A stretch of DNA of 64,000 nucleotides from an uncultured Gammaproteobacteria bacterium (GCA_964612105.1 CAZTEU010000002.1:19697-83696); one strand, 5' to 3'. Counted from the stretch's first letter, positions 7,389 through 17,522 are shown. The notes: generated by a model from the letters alone, not told the origin. Program-made: numbers and translations.

Positions 7389-9952
7389 TACTCTCTTTCC
7401 ATGACTACCCCGAGAACCCTGTCCTCTTCTAGCTTGGTATCGAACACAGCACCAGAAAGATTGAGTTCTATATCATCTCCAGAGCGCCAAACAGGTGTCC
7501 AACCTTCTGGATATATAATCTTTGTGCCAAAATCTGTATTAACCCCCGATTGCTTTTGTACAAATATACTATATCTACTTCCATGCCTTTGCATTCCTGC
7601 TAAGAACAAATCTTTCCATTTGTGTGCAATTGAATTACCTGTATTCTCTTGTTCCATTTGTACAACCATTGGTAATTTATATGTGAAAGTAACTGAGGTT
7701 GTTTCTCCAGGGCCAACCATGCTCCAATTTCCAAAAACTGTTTTACCAAACTCTTCTGTAACACGTGTACCACTTTCTGCATGTATTCCCTTTTCTCTTT
7801 CATATTTAATTAAGTCTGGATCTGTATTATACCAATCCTCTGGAACATTAAACGCTTCCTCAGGTGGGAACATAAAACCATCTGCTTTTATTAATTCCGA
7901 ACCCTTTGGAACATACACACGAATATAGCTAGTATTTTCTTTTCCATAGAACTCTTCGCCTTCTGTTCCTGTATGTGTGCGTTTTATGGTAACAGTATTA
8001 ATTATTCTTCCATCTTCTTGAACATTTACAACCTGCTCTATTTCTTGTTCTATCTTTGCGTCTGATTTCTGTCCACCTAAATTTGTATTAACAACCATTA
8101 AGTAATCCTGAGTTGGTGCAATTTCTTTTACCTCACCTGTCCAACCAAATGATTTTATCTTGTTCTGCAATTTCTTATCGTGGAAGAAAACCTGTATCTC
8201 TCTCTGACCTGCGGCCTCGTGTAGCTCTGCAAGTAATTGTATAGCAGAGCCTGCATCTATATCTTTCATACCAGTAAGAAGTTGGTCCAAAACATCTGCC
8301 AAAACTGCTTTTGGTTGATTCTCTTCTTTATCATAATCCACCTCAACCTGTTGCTGTAGTGCAGAAAGGACATTCTCTGAATCTAATAACAATCCATATT
8401 CATCACTTGATACAGGTCCCATAACTCTCAGGAATCTTTCTAGTACTGATGCGTTAATTGCAATTACACCGTCTACAGTCACCCCTCTTCCATTCTGGTA
8501 GAACCATTCCATCTTTTTAGCAGATGCTGGAAAATCTGGGAACCAATTACTGTCCTGAAACTCCCAACGCCCATTTACTATTTGTAGTGGAAGTGGTGGC
8601 TCTACATATACACCAAGCTGTCCTTGTATGTCATATGTTCCACCTCCTGGAACCTCTATATTGAGTACTTTTCCTTTTTGTACATCCACAAGAGCATAAC
8701 TTCCCAAGAATCCCCCGGTAGGACGAATCTCGTGGTTGTTTTGAAACATAACTAAGTATCTCCTAAAATCTTCTGCTCCCATTACTTCACGAATAATATC
8801 TACAAGCTCTGTGAGGTCTGACATATCATCAATAAAAGTTGCGAAAAGTAATTTGAACTCATCAAATGTTTGCTGATATTCAACAGGTAGAGTTTTCTTG
8901 TCTACCGCTGATAACTCCTCCAATGCCAAACGATACTGTGGCATCGAACTGCGCAAGTGGTCACGTATTATAGAAAATCTATCTGTCATTGCAATCTCTT
9001 CTGACTCACTTGCTGTCTGTATTCCTTTTACAAGATAAGTGTTTCCTAGTGCAAGATGATGACCTGCTCTTAGCACATGTTGCCTAGACTTTACTTGTTT
9101 TCCAACAACAGGAGTCATGCTAGCAACAAAAGTTAGCAAGTGATGATCTTGCTCTACAATATTGTTTGCCTGACTAAATGATGATAATGCGTTGTTTAGA
9201 TCAAACTGAGCTTGAGTAAGATTTGCAGAAAGCGCGGCTAGTGTAGAAGACTGTAGCGACAGGAATGCATTTGTACTTTCTTCTACAACTACTGCACTGT
9301 CTTGTTTTACTCTCTTATAATATGAAAAAGCAGGGAATGGAAGGCTGATTACTAGTAATAGTATAAGGAAAACAGAAACATATGTTTGCATTCCAGCTTT
9401 ACTAAATACACCAACAATATTAATATTTGGTCTTGGAATAGTAATGCGAGGAATCCTTGGGGCACGCAATCTTTTTCTACTAAACGAACGATGAATAACC
9501 GGAGCTGGTAATTTTACTCTTTCTTTCTTTTGTTCTGTTACAACATTGGATCTTACAACGTGATCTAATTGTTCACGCAACCTGTTTATTTCTGATTCTA
9601 ATTGTTCTATTTTTGTTGTTTGATTTGCGTTACGCACAACACCTGCAATGTTTACCACATCCCTTGTTGGTTTAATAGTGTCGTATGCTTCACGAAAAGC
9701 AGAAACTCTTTCTGATGCTACACTTCTCGACGGACGTAAATTAACCACATGTTCTGAGCGGTTTTTTTCACTACCAATACGAACAATCACAGGTGGTTTG
9801 GTTGTCCGTTTTTTCTGAGTTTTGGCAGCGCGTGCTGGGGCCTTTTTGCAGTTACGCTTGGTATGACCAGGCGTTCTACAAACCGAGCAACGGCGCACTT
9901 TTTTTGTTGCCATTTTATGTTGTCTTACACGAGTATTATAGCACAAAAACAC
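7388..9952 (-). CDS. membrane protein with N-terminal CCHC zinc knuckle, basic region, coiled coil, TM helix and DUF4012-like extracytoplasmic domain
   Basis: 854 aa. N-terminus MATKKVRRCSVCRTPGHTKRNCKK matches C-x2-C-x4-H-x4-C. Coiled coil KIEQLESEINRLREQLD. TM helix MQTYVSVFLILLLVISLPF. Large domain with RPTGGFLGSYALVD...VPGGGTYD. Confidence 0.55.
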   Translation of the reverse strand: MFLCYNTRVRQHKMATKKVRRCSVCRTPGHTKRNCKKAPARAAKTQKKRTTKPPVIVRIGSEKNRSEHVVNLRPSRSVASERVSAFREAYDTIKPTRDVVNIAGVVRNANQTTKIEQLESEINRLREQLDHVVRSNVVTEQKKERVKLPAPVIHRSFSRKRLRAPRIPRITIPRPNINIVGVFSKAGMQTYVSVFLILLLVISLPFPAFSYYKRVKQDSAVVVEESTNAFLSLQSSTLAALSANLTQAQFDLNNALSSFSQANNIVEQDHHLLTFVASMTPVVGKQVKSRQHVLRAGHHLALGNTYLVKGIQTASESEEIAMTDRFSIIRDHLRSSMPQYRLALEELSAVDKKTLPVEYQQTFDEFKLLFATFIDDMSDLTELVDIIREVMGAEDFRRYLVMFQNNHEIRPTGGFLGSYALVDVQKGKVLNIEVPGGGTYDIQGQLGVYVEPPLPLQIVNGRWEFQDSNWFPDFPASAKKMEWFYQNGRGVTVDGVIAINASVLERFLRVMGPVSSDEYGLLLDSENVLSALQQQVEVDYDKEENQPKAVLADVLDQLLTGMKDIDAGSAIQLLAELHEAAGQREIQVFFHDKKLQNKIKSFGWTGEVKEIAPTQDYLMVVNTNLGGQKSDAKIEQEIEQVVNVQEDGRIINTVTIKRTHTGTEGEEFYGKENTSYIRVYVPKGSELIKADGFMFPPEEAFNVPEDWYNTDPDLIKYEREKGIHAESGTRVTEEFGKTVFGNWSMVGPGETTSVTFTYKLPMVVQMEQENTGNSIAHKWKDLFLAGMQRHGSRYSIFVQKQSGVNTDFGTKIIYPEGWTPVWRSGDDIELNLSGAVFDTKLEEDRVLGVVMERE

Positions 9953-9982
9953 AACAAAAAAATACCAAAATTGGGTATAAAA

Positions 9983-11098
9983 TTACTTATTGTAAACTTC
10001 TAGTGTTTGTACCGACATTTTCCTCCAAGAATATCTTTTTAACTCCAAATCAGCCTTCTGTTTTATTTCAAAACGAACATTCTCATCATTTAGTCCTGTT
10101 TCTATTACATGAGAAAAATAATGTGCATCTTCTGGATCTGCATACAGTGCCCCCTCCCCCAGAACCTCTGGAAGGCATGTCCTGTTGCTAGACACAACTG
10201 GTATTCCGTAAGACATAGCTTCTAGTGTAGGAAGACCAAACCCTTCGTAAAGACTAGGGAAAACATATAGTCTAGCATTTTTATAAAGTGAAGATAATGT
10301 ATTGTCTTCAACAAAATCCGTAAAAATTACATTCTTACATTCTTTTACTTCATCACTTTGCATGAGCTGTTCATAAAAAAAGTTCTTCTTCCCAACAAGT
10401 ACAAGTTGATAATCATTTACTTTGTCTTCAATTAATTTCCATGCTCGTAAAAGTCCTTTTAGATTTTTATGAGGATAAGCCACCCCAACATACAGTACAT
10501 ATTGTTTTGTAATTCCAAATTTTTCTAAAATACTTTTATCATTATCTATATTATCCACCCCATTAGTGTGGAATGGAGCTTCATACGTTACTGTTATCTT
10601 ATTTTGAGGAATATTAAGAGTTTTGCTTACATCCATTTTTGTAAAAAGACTTGGTGTTATTATGTGCTTAGCTTTTTTTACAGCATGAGCTAGTACTTTT
10701 TTATAGACAAATTGTTTAAACCAATAAGTTAGCCAACCAAGCTTACTTGCTTCCCTGGTTGGATGATGTAGCAATAACAAATCATGAATTGTTACAACAA
10801 AAGGGTCATTATATAAGAGTGGAACATTCCAGTGTGGAAAATGCATTAAATCTACCTTTTCCTTTTTTATTATTTTATTGAATTTAATCTGCTCCTCCCA
10901 CCCATACCAATGAATATCTGCTAAGACTTTTTTAAAATTTCTTCCTACGCTAACTTCATCAAAATTATCTTTTTTCAAAAACAAGACATATTGATTCTCT
11001 GAATCAATCTCTTTTAGGTTCTCTACAAGTTGTTGCACATACCTCCCAAGTCCACCGCACCTAGGACCAAGCATTCGTGCATCTATACCAATCTTCAT
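9983..11098 (-). CDS. glycosyltransferase family 4 (GT-B fold)
   Basis: 371 aa; C-terminal EGFGLPTLEAMSYGIPVV motif typical of GT4/GT1 retaining glycosyltransferases. Confidence 0.8.
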   Translation of the reverse strand: MKIGIDARMLGPRCGGLGRYVQQLVENLKEIDSENQYVLFLKKDNFDEVSVGRNFKKVLADIHWYGWEEQIKFNKIIKKEKVDLMHFPHWNVPLLYNDPFVVTIHDLLLLHHPTREASKLGWLTYWFKQFVYKKVLAHAVKKAKHIITPSLFTKMDVSKTLNIPQNKITVTYEAPFHTNGVDNIDNDKSILEKFGITKQYVLYVGVAYPHKNLKGLLRAWKLIEDKVNDYQLVLVGKKNFFYEQLMQSDEVKECKNVIFTDFVEDNTLSSLYKNARLYVFPSLYEGFGLPTLEAMSYGIPVVSSNRTCLPEVLGEGALYADPEDAHYFSHVIETGLNDENVRFEIKQKADLELKRYSWRKMSVQTLEVYNK

Positions 11099-11116
11099 AT
11101 AACTAAACTAACATCT

Positions 11117-12229
11117 TTATAATATACTATTCAAGGTCTCTAAAAATTTCTTGGAAGAGGATTCCCATTTATATCTGTTACAAACTACCCTCCCCTTCTC
11201 TGATAAATTATTCCTTAATCCTGTATTTTCCACTAAATCTATCATTGCTCTTGATATCTCCCCTAGATTATATGGATCTACTAGATACGCACCCCCACAA
11301 ACCACCTCTGGTAAAGATGATCTATTACTTGTAATTGTTGGTGTTCCAACTGACATTGCTTCTAGTACGGGTAAACCAAACCCTTCGTAGAGACTTGGGT
11401 ATATAAAAATCTTAGCTAGTCTGTATAATTCCATTTTGTCTAACTCATCTACAAAACCAATATACTCTACCTCTTCTGTTTGCTTAATTTTTTCGAAAAT
11501 TGAGTTGCATTTCCAACCACGAGAACCTGCAATTACTAACTTATATCCTTTTTCCTTAAGACCACTAATATTAAAAGCTTCTATTGCGCCAATAATATTC
11601 TTTCTGGGTTCTATTGTACCTAAATACAGTATAATATTATCTGGAATATTATATTTCTTTTGCACGTCTGCACTTTCGTTTGTTTTTAGCGAAATACCGG
11701 GTGGAATTACTTCAATAGCACTACCATCTATCCCATAATAATCCATAACATCTCTTTTTGTGTTCCCACTTGGTACAATTATTTTATCTGCCCGCTTGCA
11801 CTGTTCTTTTGGTTTTAAAATACTGTGCCACACTTGTCTTTTTCTGGAAAAGCATTCTGGAAAAAGCTCAAAGGAGAGGTCGTGGATTGTTAGTACAGAC
11901 TTTGTCTTTGGATTTAGGGATGTAAAGTGTAAGTTTGGAGAATAGAATATGTCTAATTCCCCCCTTATTAAAGTTTCTACGGTTGGTTTTTTAAATATTT
12001 TAACTGATGAGTGTAAAAGTTTGTTGGGATACTTTGTATTACAAACTTTTACATTATCATTATTAAAGGTAGGAACAAATTTAGAAACATCTTTATGTGA
12101 GTTATAGAAAAGATAATAATTATTTTCTTTATCAATATCAAAAAGAGACCTCAAAAGCCCTTTAGTATATTGACCCACACCTGTTAGGTGTGGGCTAGTC
12201 AAACATCTAATATCTATTCCAACATTCAT
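11117..12229 (-). CDS. glycosyltransferase family 4
   Basis: 370 aa; EGFGLPVLEAMSVGTPTITS motif. Confidence 0.8.
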   Translation of the reverse strand: MNVGIDIRCLTSPHLTGVGQYTKGLLRSLFDIDKENNYYLFYNSHKDVSKFVPTFNNDNVKVCNTKYPNKLLHSSVKIFKKPTVETLIRGELDIFYSPNLHFTSLNPKTKSVLTIHDLSFELFPECFSRKRQVWHSILKPKEQCKRADKIIVPSGNTKRDVMDYYGIDGSAIEVIPPGISLKTNESADVQKKYNIPDNIILYLGTIEPRKNIIGAIEAFNISGLKEKGYKLVIAGSRGWKCNSIFEKIKQTEEVEYIGFVDELDKMELYRLAKIFIYPSLYEGFGLPVLEAMSVGTPTITSNRSSLPEVVCGGAYLVDPYNLGEISRAMIDLVENTGLRNNLSEKGRVVCNRYKWESSSKKFLETLNSIL

Positions 12230-12230
12230 A

Positions 12231-13589
12231 TCAACATCCCATTTTTTCCTTGATAAGTTTTATTTCAAAGTCTGTGAAATGTCTTTCTGGAGAGCTTAAA
12301 ATCTCACCTCCTGACCCATCACCCATTATACCCGGCACACCATATTTGTTTATATTTCCTTTGCACTGAAATGATTCTATTTCTGTACCTTCCGTATAAC
12401 CACCAATAGCTCCGCTTCTAATTACATTACAGTAATCTGTAAACCAACCTTCTGCTGGCTTACAAGCACCCTCCTCAAAGTTAACTGGATTCGGAGTAGA
12501 GGCTGGAGGGTAATAGCAGTACTGATCAAGTAGACCCAAATCATGAGCAAATTCATGTGATAGTATTCCAGCGCTATTATCTACATAAGTTCCGTATGAA
12601 GCATATCCAGAATTCGTATAGCTACATTTCTCATCTCCACCATCTACTGGCCTAATTAGCATTGGGTGTGATGTTTTATAGTTTTTTTCAAAGTATGCAC
12701 CAACATCATCTCCCGGTGTAAGGCAAAGGCCGTGCACTTTATGAACACGTATTTTTTCCTTGCAGTTTCCAAGCTCTGCTGACTCTACAAAACCAGCAAC
12801 CGCATCATCAATTAGTTTCTCAAAACCAGCCTTGTCTACTTTCTGATAATGAAAAGCCAGGTTAAGTCCAGCCTTTTCACATTTTCCACCAACATACACT
12901 TCATCTTTTTCACAATTATTTTCAGATAATGAACCATTCGTAGGTAAAAAATCTCCTGTAGTAACACACTGATTCTTTATACAAACCTGACCTGAACCAC
13001 ACTTAGAAAAATTATAATGACACCCGTTGATATCATCGTTTGGGACAACCTTTGGTACAGGTTTTGATGAAGAGGGTGCAGGAGCTGGTGTATTTTTTAT
13101 TACTTGTTGCGCTAGATACTCCACCTTCTTACTTTCTAATGCCGTGCTTTTTGTATAAAAAAGGTAATATATTTCTGGCAACTCTATTATTTCTTTGTTC
13201 CAACCTGCGCCATATAAATATGCAGCGGTCTCTTCGTCTGGAATATGTTTAATAATCTCTCCTGGCTCTACCACATATACCTTTGGATTGAGAGGAAACT
13301 TGAGCATCTTCTTCCCCTCTTTTATTGGCATAGGAAATCCAAGCTCTATTGCTTCCATCTGTTCAACTGTAATAGTCTTTACGCTGTTAAAGTTAGAAAA
13401 CCAAGTGTAATAAATTTGTGCATTTACAAAAGCTCTCCTTTTATTATTTTCAATATAGTAAACAGATGTGTGTTTAGGTGATTTTAAAAGAGTTCCATTG
13501 CTGTACGATACAGCACGAGTAGAAGGAATAAATATTATTCCTATCATTGCAAAGGATGCGATAATCAAACCTACGGATATTTTATTCAT
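12231..13589 (-). CDS. secreted zinc metalloprotease-like protein (HEXXHXXGXXD, snapalysin-type motif) with Cys-rich region
   Basis: 452 aa. N-terminal signal peptide MNKISVGLIIASFAMIGIIFIPSTRA. Zinc-binding motif SHEFAHDLGLLDQY. Many Cys residues in the C-terminal half. Confidence 0.5.
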   Translation of the reverse strand: MNKISVGLIIASFAMIGIIFIPSTRAVSYSNGTLLKSPKHTSVYYIENNKRRAFVNAQIYYTWFSNFNSVKTITVEQMEAIELGFPMPIKEGKKMLKFPLNPKVYVVEPGEIIKHIPDEETAAYLYGAGWNKEIIELPEIYYLFYTKSTALESKKVEYLAQQVIKNTPAPAPSSSKPVPKVVPNDDINGCHYNFSKCGSGQVCIKNQCVTTGDFLPTNGSLSENNCEKDEVYVGGKCEKAGLNLAFHYQKVDKAGFEKLIDDAVAGFVESAELGNCKEKIRVHKVHGLCLTPGDDVGAYFEKNYKTSHPMLIRPVDGGDEKCSYTNSGYASYGTYVDNSAGILSHEFAHDLGLLDQYCYYPPASTPNPVNFEEGACKPAEGWFTDYCNVIRSGAIGGYTEGTEIESFQCKGNINKYGVPGIMGDGSGGEILSSPERHFTDFEIKLIKEKMGC

Positions 13590-13593
13590 ATTA

Positions 13594-14748
13594 TTATATT
13601 ACTTTTTGTTTTATATTTTCTGTATACGAAATATCTAGAGCACACTGATTCATTCCTTGTTCGAACTCTTCATACCTATCATCAACATATTTTTTTACTC
13701 GCTTACTAAACTCTTCAATATCATACCTTAATGCCCAGTCACGTATTTCTTCTGGATCCCAATCTTTCTCCTCAAAATGAAGTATAGCATCCAAAAGCGA
13801 CTCCCAGGTTTGTTCATAAAAGAGCACACCTGTTCTTCCTGGAATCACAGTCTCTGTAGCTCCCCCCTGCCCAAACGCAATAACAGGTCTTCCGCACGCC
13901 ATTGATTCTACCGGTGTTATTCCAAAATCCTCCAACTGAGGGTGAATAAATGCTTTTGCCCTACTCATTAGTTTTATTTTTTTATTTTCATCTATTTTCC
14001 CTAAAAACTCTATGTTCGTCTTTGCTATTTTTTTGAGTTTTTTTATTTCTGGTCCATCTCCAAATATTTTAAGCCTCCACCCAAGACGATTGAACACGTG
14101 AACAATAATATCAAAACGCTTGTAAGCCACTATCCTACCGCCTGTAATAAAGTAATTACCAACAAAAGGTGAAATGTAAAACTTGGACGTGTCTACGGGT
14201 GGATAAATTATATCACTGTCTCTACGATAATATTTTTGTATCCTCTTCCTTACAGTTTGTGAATTAGCCACAAAGTAATCGACACGATCTGTACTCATCT
14301 TGTCCCACATCCTTAACTTATATATTAGTCTTGGAAGTACAGCTTTAATAAGTCTGTTGTGTTTTAAGTCTTCTATATATTTATGAGTATCTGTCCAAAG
14401 GTAGCGTGTGGGTGTGTGGCAATAAGAAATATGTAGAGTGTTTGGGCGAGTTAATACACCTTTTGCAAATGCGCTTGTAGAAGAAATGACTAAATCATAA
14501 TCATGCAAATTATGTCTTTCTGTAGCAAGTGGCATTAAAGGTAAATACCATCTGTAATTCGTTCTTCCAAACGGCATGTAACGAATAAAAGATTCTCTTA
14601 TTTCCTTATCAGCAAACTGCGGTAATTTATCCTTATCACTAAACAAAACATAGACTGGAGCATCTGGCCAAATCTTAGAGAGCGCAAGAAGGACGCGTTC
14701 TGCGCCCCCATCTTGAGAAAGATAATCGTGTACCAAAGCTACCTTCAT
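13594..14748 (-). CDS. glycosyltransferase family 4
   Basis: Start moved to the internal MKVALVHDYLSQDGGAERV (a classic GT4 N-terminus). This gives an ATGA start/stop overlap with the upstream sugar transferase gene. Confidence 0.75.
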   Translation of the reverse strand: MKVALVHDYLSQDGGAERVLLALSKIWPDAPVYVLFSDKDKLPQFADKEIRESFIRYMPFGRTNYRWYLPLMPLATERHNLHDYDLVISSTSAFAKGVLTRPNTLHISYCHTPTRYLWTDTHKYIEDLKHNRLIKAVLPRLIYKLRMWDKMSTDRVDYFVANSQTVRKRIQKYYRRDSDIIYPPVDTSKFYISPFVGNYFITGGRIVAYKRFDIIVHVFNRLGWRLKIFGDGPEIKKLKKIAKTNIEFLGKIDENKKIKLMSRAKAFIHPQLEDFGITPVESMACGRPVIAFGQGGATETVIPGRTGVLFYEQTWESLLDAILHFEEKDWDPEEIRDWALRYDIEEFSKRVKKYVDDRYEEFEQGMNQCALDISYTENIKQKVI

Positions 14749-16163
14749 AATGCTTTTCTGCGCTTGATCAAAACAAAAGGAGTTTTTACAAAAATTATTA
14801 TGTCTAACATTACACTCCAACTTTCTGTATACAATATATCCAACTTCATCTCTTCCTCAAAAGATAAATCACTTCTACCAGATATTTGAGCAAGTCCAGA
14901 TATACCTGGTTTTAGTGTAAAAACATTTGGGTATTCATCCTTATACTGTTCCACCTCTCTTGTCTGATGAGGTCTGGGACCAATAATGCTCATATTACCA
15001 AACAAAGAATTGAAAAATTGAGGAAACTCATCCAAGCTCCAACGACGTAAAAACCTACCGAAAGTAGTTACACGTGGGTCGTTTCCAATCTTATATATTG
15101 GACCTTTGCGCGTATTCATTTTTTTTATTAATTCCTCTTCCTGTTTCTCTGCTTCTTTCCCTGACTTTCCAAACTGCTTTCCTGTTGAGTGCTTCTGATA
15201 CATTGTCCTAAACTTCAGTGTTGTAAACAATCTCCCTCTTACACCAACACGCTCATTCTTATAGATTATAGGTCGACCTGTTTCTATTAGAATTATAAGA
15301 GAAATAATAAGCATAATAGGGCTTGTAACTATTATTACAACAACACTTATTAGAATATCGAAAACTCTTTTTATTATCCTTCCCCACACACCAAGAGATG
15401 TTCTTCTGAGTTCTACAATTGGAATACCCCCAACAGGATGAATAACCATATTACTGGAATACGTTGCAAAAACATCCGCAGAATACTTAAACACCACATG
15501 TTGCCTGTTACATAAATCAATAGCATTTAATGTTTCCTTTTCATTTGCACGAGGATTCGCAAAAATCAATTCATCTACTTTTCCTTTCTTTAGTTTTGCT
15601 ATTGCCTCTTTGTTAAAAGAACTAAAACTCCCCACAACTGCATATCCAAGCTCTTTTCTTGAATCCAAAGTCTTCTTTATTATTTCTGCAATATTATCTG
15701 CCCCCACAATCACAACTCTTCTAAGACCTACTCCCCCACGATACAGCAACCCTTTTATTCCTCTCATTAGAACTCTTCCAATGCTTACATACACAACAGA
15801 TAAAACCCAACCAACTACTACCAAAAAACGAGAATCAAACAACTGTTGTGTAAACATTATATATACAGCAACAACAGCAAGTCCTGTGGAGCAGGCGAAC
15901 ACAACCCTGTTAAGGTCTGCCCCCAACTTACGGCTTGGGTCTGGACGATACAGTCCAGCAAGAGCAAATATAACAAGCCAGCCCAAAGCAACCCAAGAAA
16001 CTATGCTGGAAAATTCAATAAGTGAAAGGTCAAATTGTACAGACTTAATATCTGTCGCCCAAGGAGTAAAACGCAATAAGTATGCACTAAATCCTGCCAA
16101 AAAAAGCATTAGATAGTCCACTGGAACCTGTAGAGCGACGAGTAATATCTCTGAACGTTTCAT
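14745..16163 (-). CDS. polyprenyl-phosphate sugar phosphotransferase (WbaP/bacterial sugar transferase family)
   Basis: 472 aa; N-terminal TM helices; C-terminal catalytic domain with the family motif MSIIGPRPH and DEFPQFFN. Confidence 0.8.
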   Translation of the reverse strand: MKRSEILLVALQVPVDYLMLFLAGFSAYLLRFTPWATDIKSVQFDLSLIEFSSIVSWVALGWLVIFALAGLYRPDPSRKLGADLNRVVFACSTGLAVVAVYIMFTQQLFDSRFLVVVGWVLSVVYVSIGRVLMRGIKGLLYRGGVGLRRVVIVGADNIAEIIKKTLDSRKELGYAVVGSFSSFNKEAIAKLKKGKVDELIFANPRANEKETLNAIDLCNRQHVVFKYSADVFATYSSNMVIHPVGGIPIVELRRTSLGVWGRIIKRVFDILISVVVIIVTSPIMLIISLIILIETGRPIIYKNERVGVRGRLFTTLKFRTMYQKHSTGKQFGKSGKEAEKQEEELIKKMNTRKGPIYKIGNDPRVTTFGRFLRRWSLDEFPQFFNSLFGNMSIIGPRPHQTREVEQYKDEYPNVFTLKPGISGLAQISGRSDLSFEEEMKLDILYTESWSVMLDIIIFVKTPFVLIKRRKAL

Positions 16164-16208
16164 AGTTAATATATGGCTATTCTACGCTATTTTTTGCTCT
16201 TGGTCAAC

Positions 16209-16237
16209 TTGACAGGTCCTATTATTTATGGTATAGT
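16209..16237 (+). promoter_or_regulatory. sigma70-type promoter TTGACA-N17-TATAGT for the RNase P RNA gene
   Basis: -35 at 16209-16214 and -10 at 16232-16237; the predicted TSS 7 nt downstream coincides with the 5' strand of P1. Confidence 0.6.
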
Positions 16238-16243
16238 CCTTGC

Positions 16244-16608
16244 GTCTTGTTCATTGGATGATTGCCTCAGCTTGCTGGGGAGGAAAGTCCGAACTCCGCA
16301 AATGGAAGTGGGTAACGCCCACCCACCGTATGGCAACATGCGTGTGAGGGAAAGTGCCACAGAGACAATACTAGTTGCTATGCAACAAAAGGTGAAAAGT
16401 GTATAGAGGTTTTTGATCTCGAGTCAAAAGCTACTATACTCCGACCTATGGTGACATAGGCTGGTGGTAAACCCTTCCTGGAGAAAGAGCAGCGTTTTCC
16501 TAAAGGAACTCGAAAAGTTAGCTCGTTAGAGGCGATTGGTAACAATCGTCCCAGAGAAATAATCATCACTCGCAAGAGTACAGAATTCGGCTTATAGATG
16601 AGCAGGAC
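16244..16608 (+). ncRNA. rnpB: RNase P RNA (bacterial type A)
   Basis: Conserved P4 strands GGAGGAAAGTCCGAACTCC (5') and ACAGAATTCGGCTTAT (3'). P2 pairing GATGATT/AATCATC. An 11-bp P1 closes the 5' end (GTCTTGTTCAT) with the 3' end (ATGAGCAGGAC). Flanked by promoter and terminator. The two short ORFs called here are artefacts. Confidence 0.8.
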
Positions 16609-16614
16609 AACAAA

Positions 16615-16639
16615 AACAACGCGATATGCGTTGTTTTTT
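16615..16639. terminator. bidirectional rho-independent terminator
   Basis: ACAACGC-gatat-GCGTTGT with TTTTT downstream and A-run upstream; serves rnpB (plus) and tRNA-Leu (minus). Confidence 0.65.
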
Positions 16640-16642
16640 GTG

Positions 16643-16728
<86 letters not shown>

Positions 16729-16733
16729 TTATT

Positions 16734-17501
16734 TTAAAACTTCCTATCACGTCCTACTATCATTTTAATCCTATTCTTAGCCAGACGTATAGTTATCTTT
16801 GTCTCTTTAGATTGTTTACCGTCTGCCTCTACTAAAAACGGTGTTGTGCTGGACACTGTCATTTCCTCGAACGGAAACACACTTGGGTCTTCGTAAATAT
16901 CACGGATAATCTTTTTACCAAGCACGGGTCGTAAAAAGGCTTCCAACTTACCATCCTGCGGATGAACAATTATGTCCCCTCTCCTGCGTGTACCTTTCCA
17001 TTCAAAAGGCTGTAAATTACACACTACTAATTCCATCTTTGCTCTGCCACGAGATGACACACTAAACTTTTCGTCATATTGTACTGTAATATCACTTGGG
17101 GGAATATGTAACCTAGAAATAAAATATCTATTGTTAAACCAACCAACATCCAAAGCTACTTTACGACGACGAGAAATTACATCACATGAATCTATTCCTA
17201 CTGGTATCCCTAAAACTTCTGCAATACTATTCTCCTGCCCAACAGGTAGAAAACCAAAGAGTGTTTTACAAATTGCTGCGCGAGATAGTACATGCCCAAA
17301 CGTGGTGTCATTGCCAACAATTACAACAGCGCTTGCACCACGCTTAATTTCGTCATCTACTATTTCCTTTGAGTTTGAATAGTTTTGTAGCCGTATGATT
17401 TTACCAGCAATTCCAAAGTCAGTCAATCTAGTCTCCATTGCTTTAATGGTACTAGCAAACTTTTTCTGCTTCAAAAAATTGTCGTAAAGGTATACGTACA
17501 T
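16734..17501 (-). CDS. NAD kinase / diacylglycerol-kinase-like protein (motifs degenerate)
   Basis: 255 aa. VVIVGNDTTFGHV sits at the position of the GGDGT motif, and TLFGFLPVG resembles NxGxLGFL. The catalytic motifs are not canonical. Confidence 0.35.
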   Translation of the reverse strand: MYVYLYDNFLKQKKFASTIKAMETRLTDFGIAGKIIRLQNYSNSKEIVDDEIKRGASAVVIVGNDTTFGHVLSRAAICKTLFGFLPVGQENSIAEVLGIPVGIDSCDVISRRRKVALDVGWFNNRYFISRLHIPPSDITVQYDEKFSVSSRGRAKMELVVCNLQPFEWKGTRRRGDIIVHPQDGKLEAFLRPVLGKKIIRDIYEDPSVFPFEEMTVSSTTPFLVEADGKQSKETKITIRLAKNRIKMIVGRDRKF

Positions 17502-17522
17502 ACAGACGAAGAGACATTTACT

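Noticed and set aside
16173-16575. ORF-track calls 16173..16406 (+) and 16378..16575 (-)
   Set aside because: They lie entirely inside the RNase P RNA gene, which has conserved P4 strands and a matching promoter and terminator. They are artefacts of an untranslated structural RNA.
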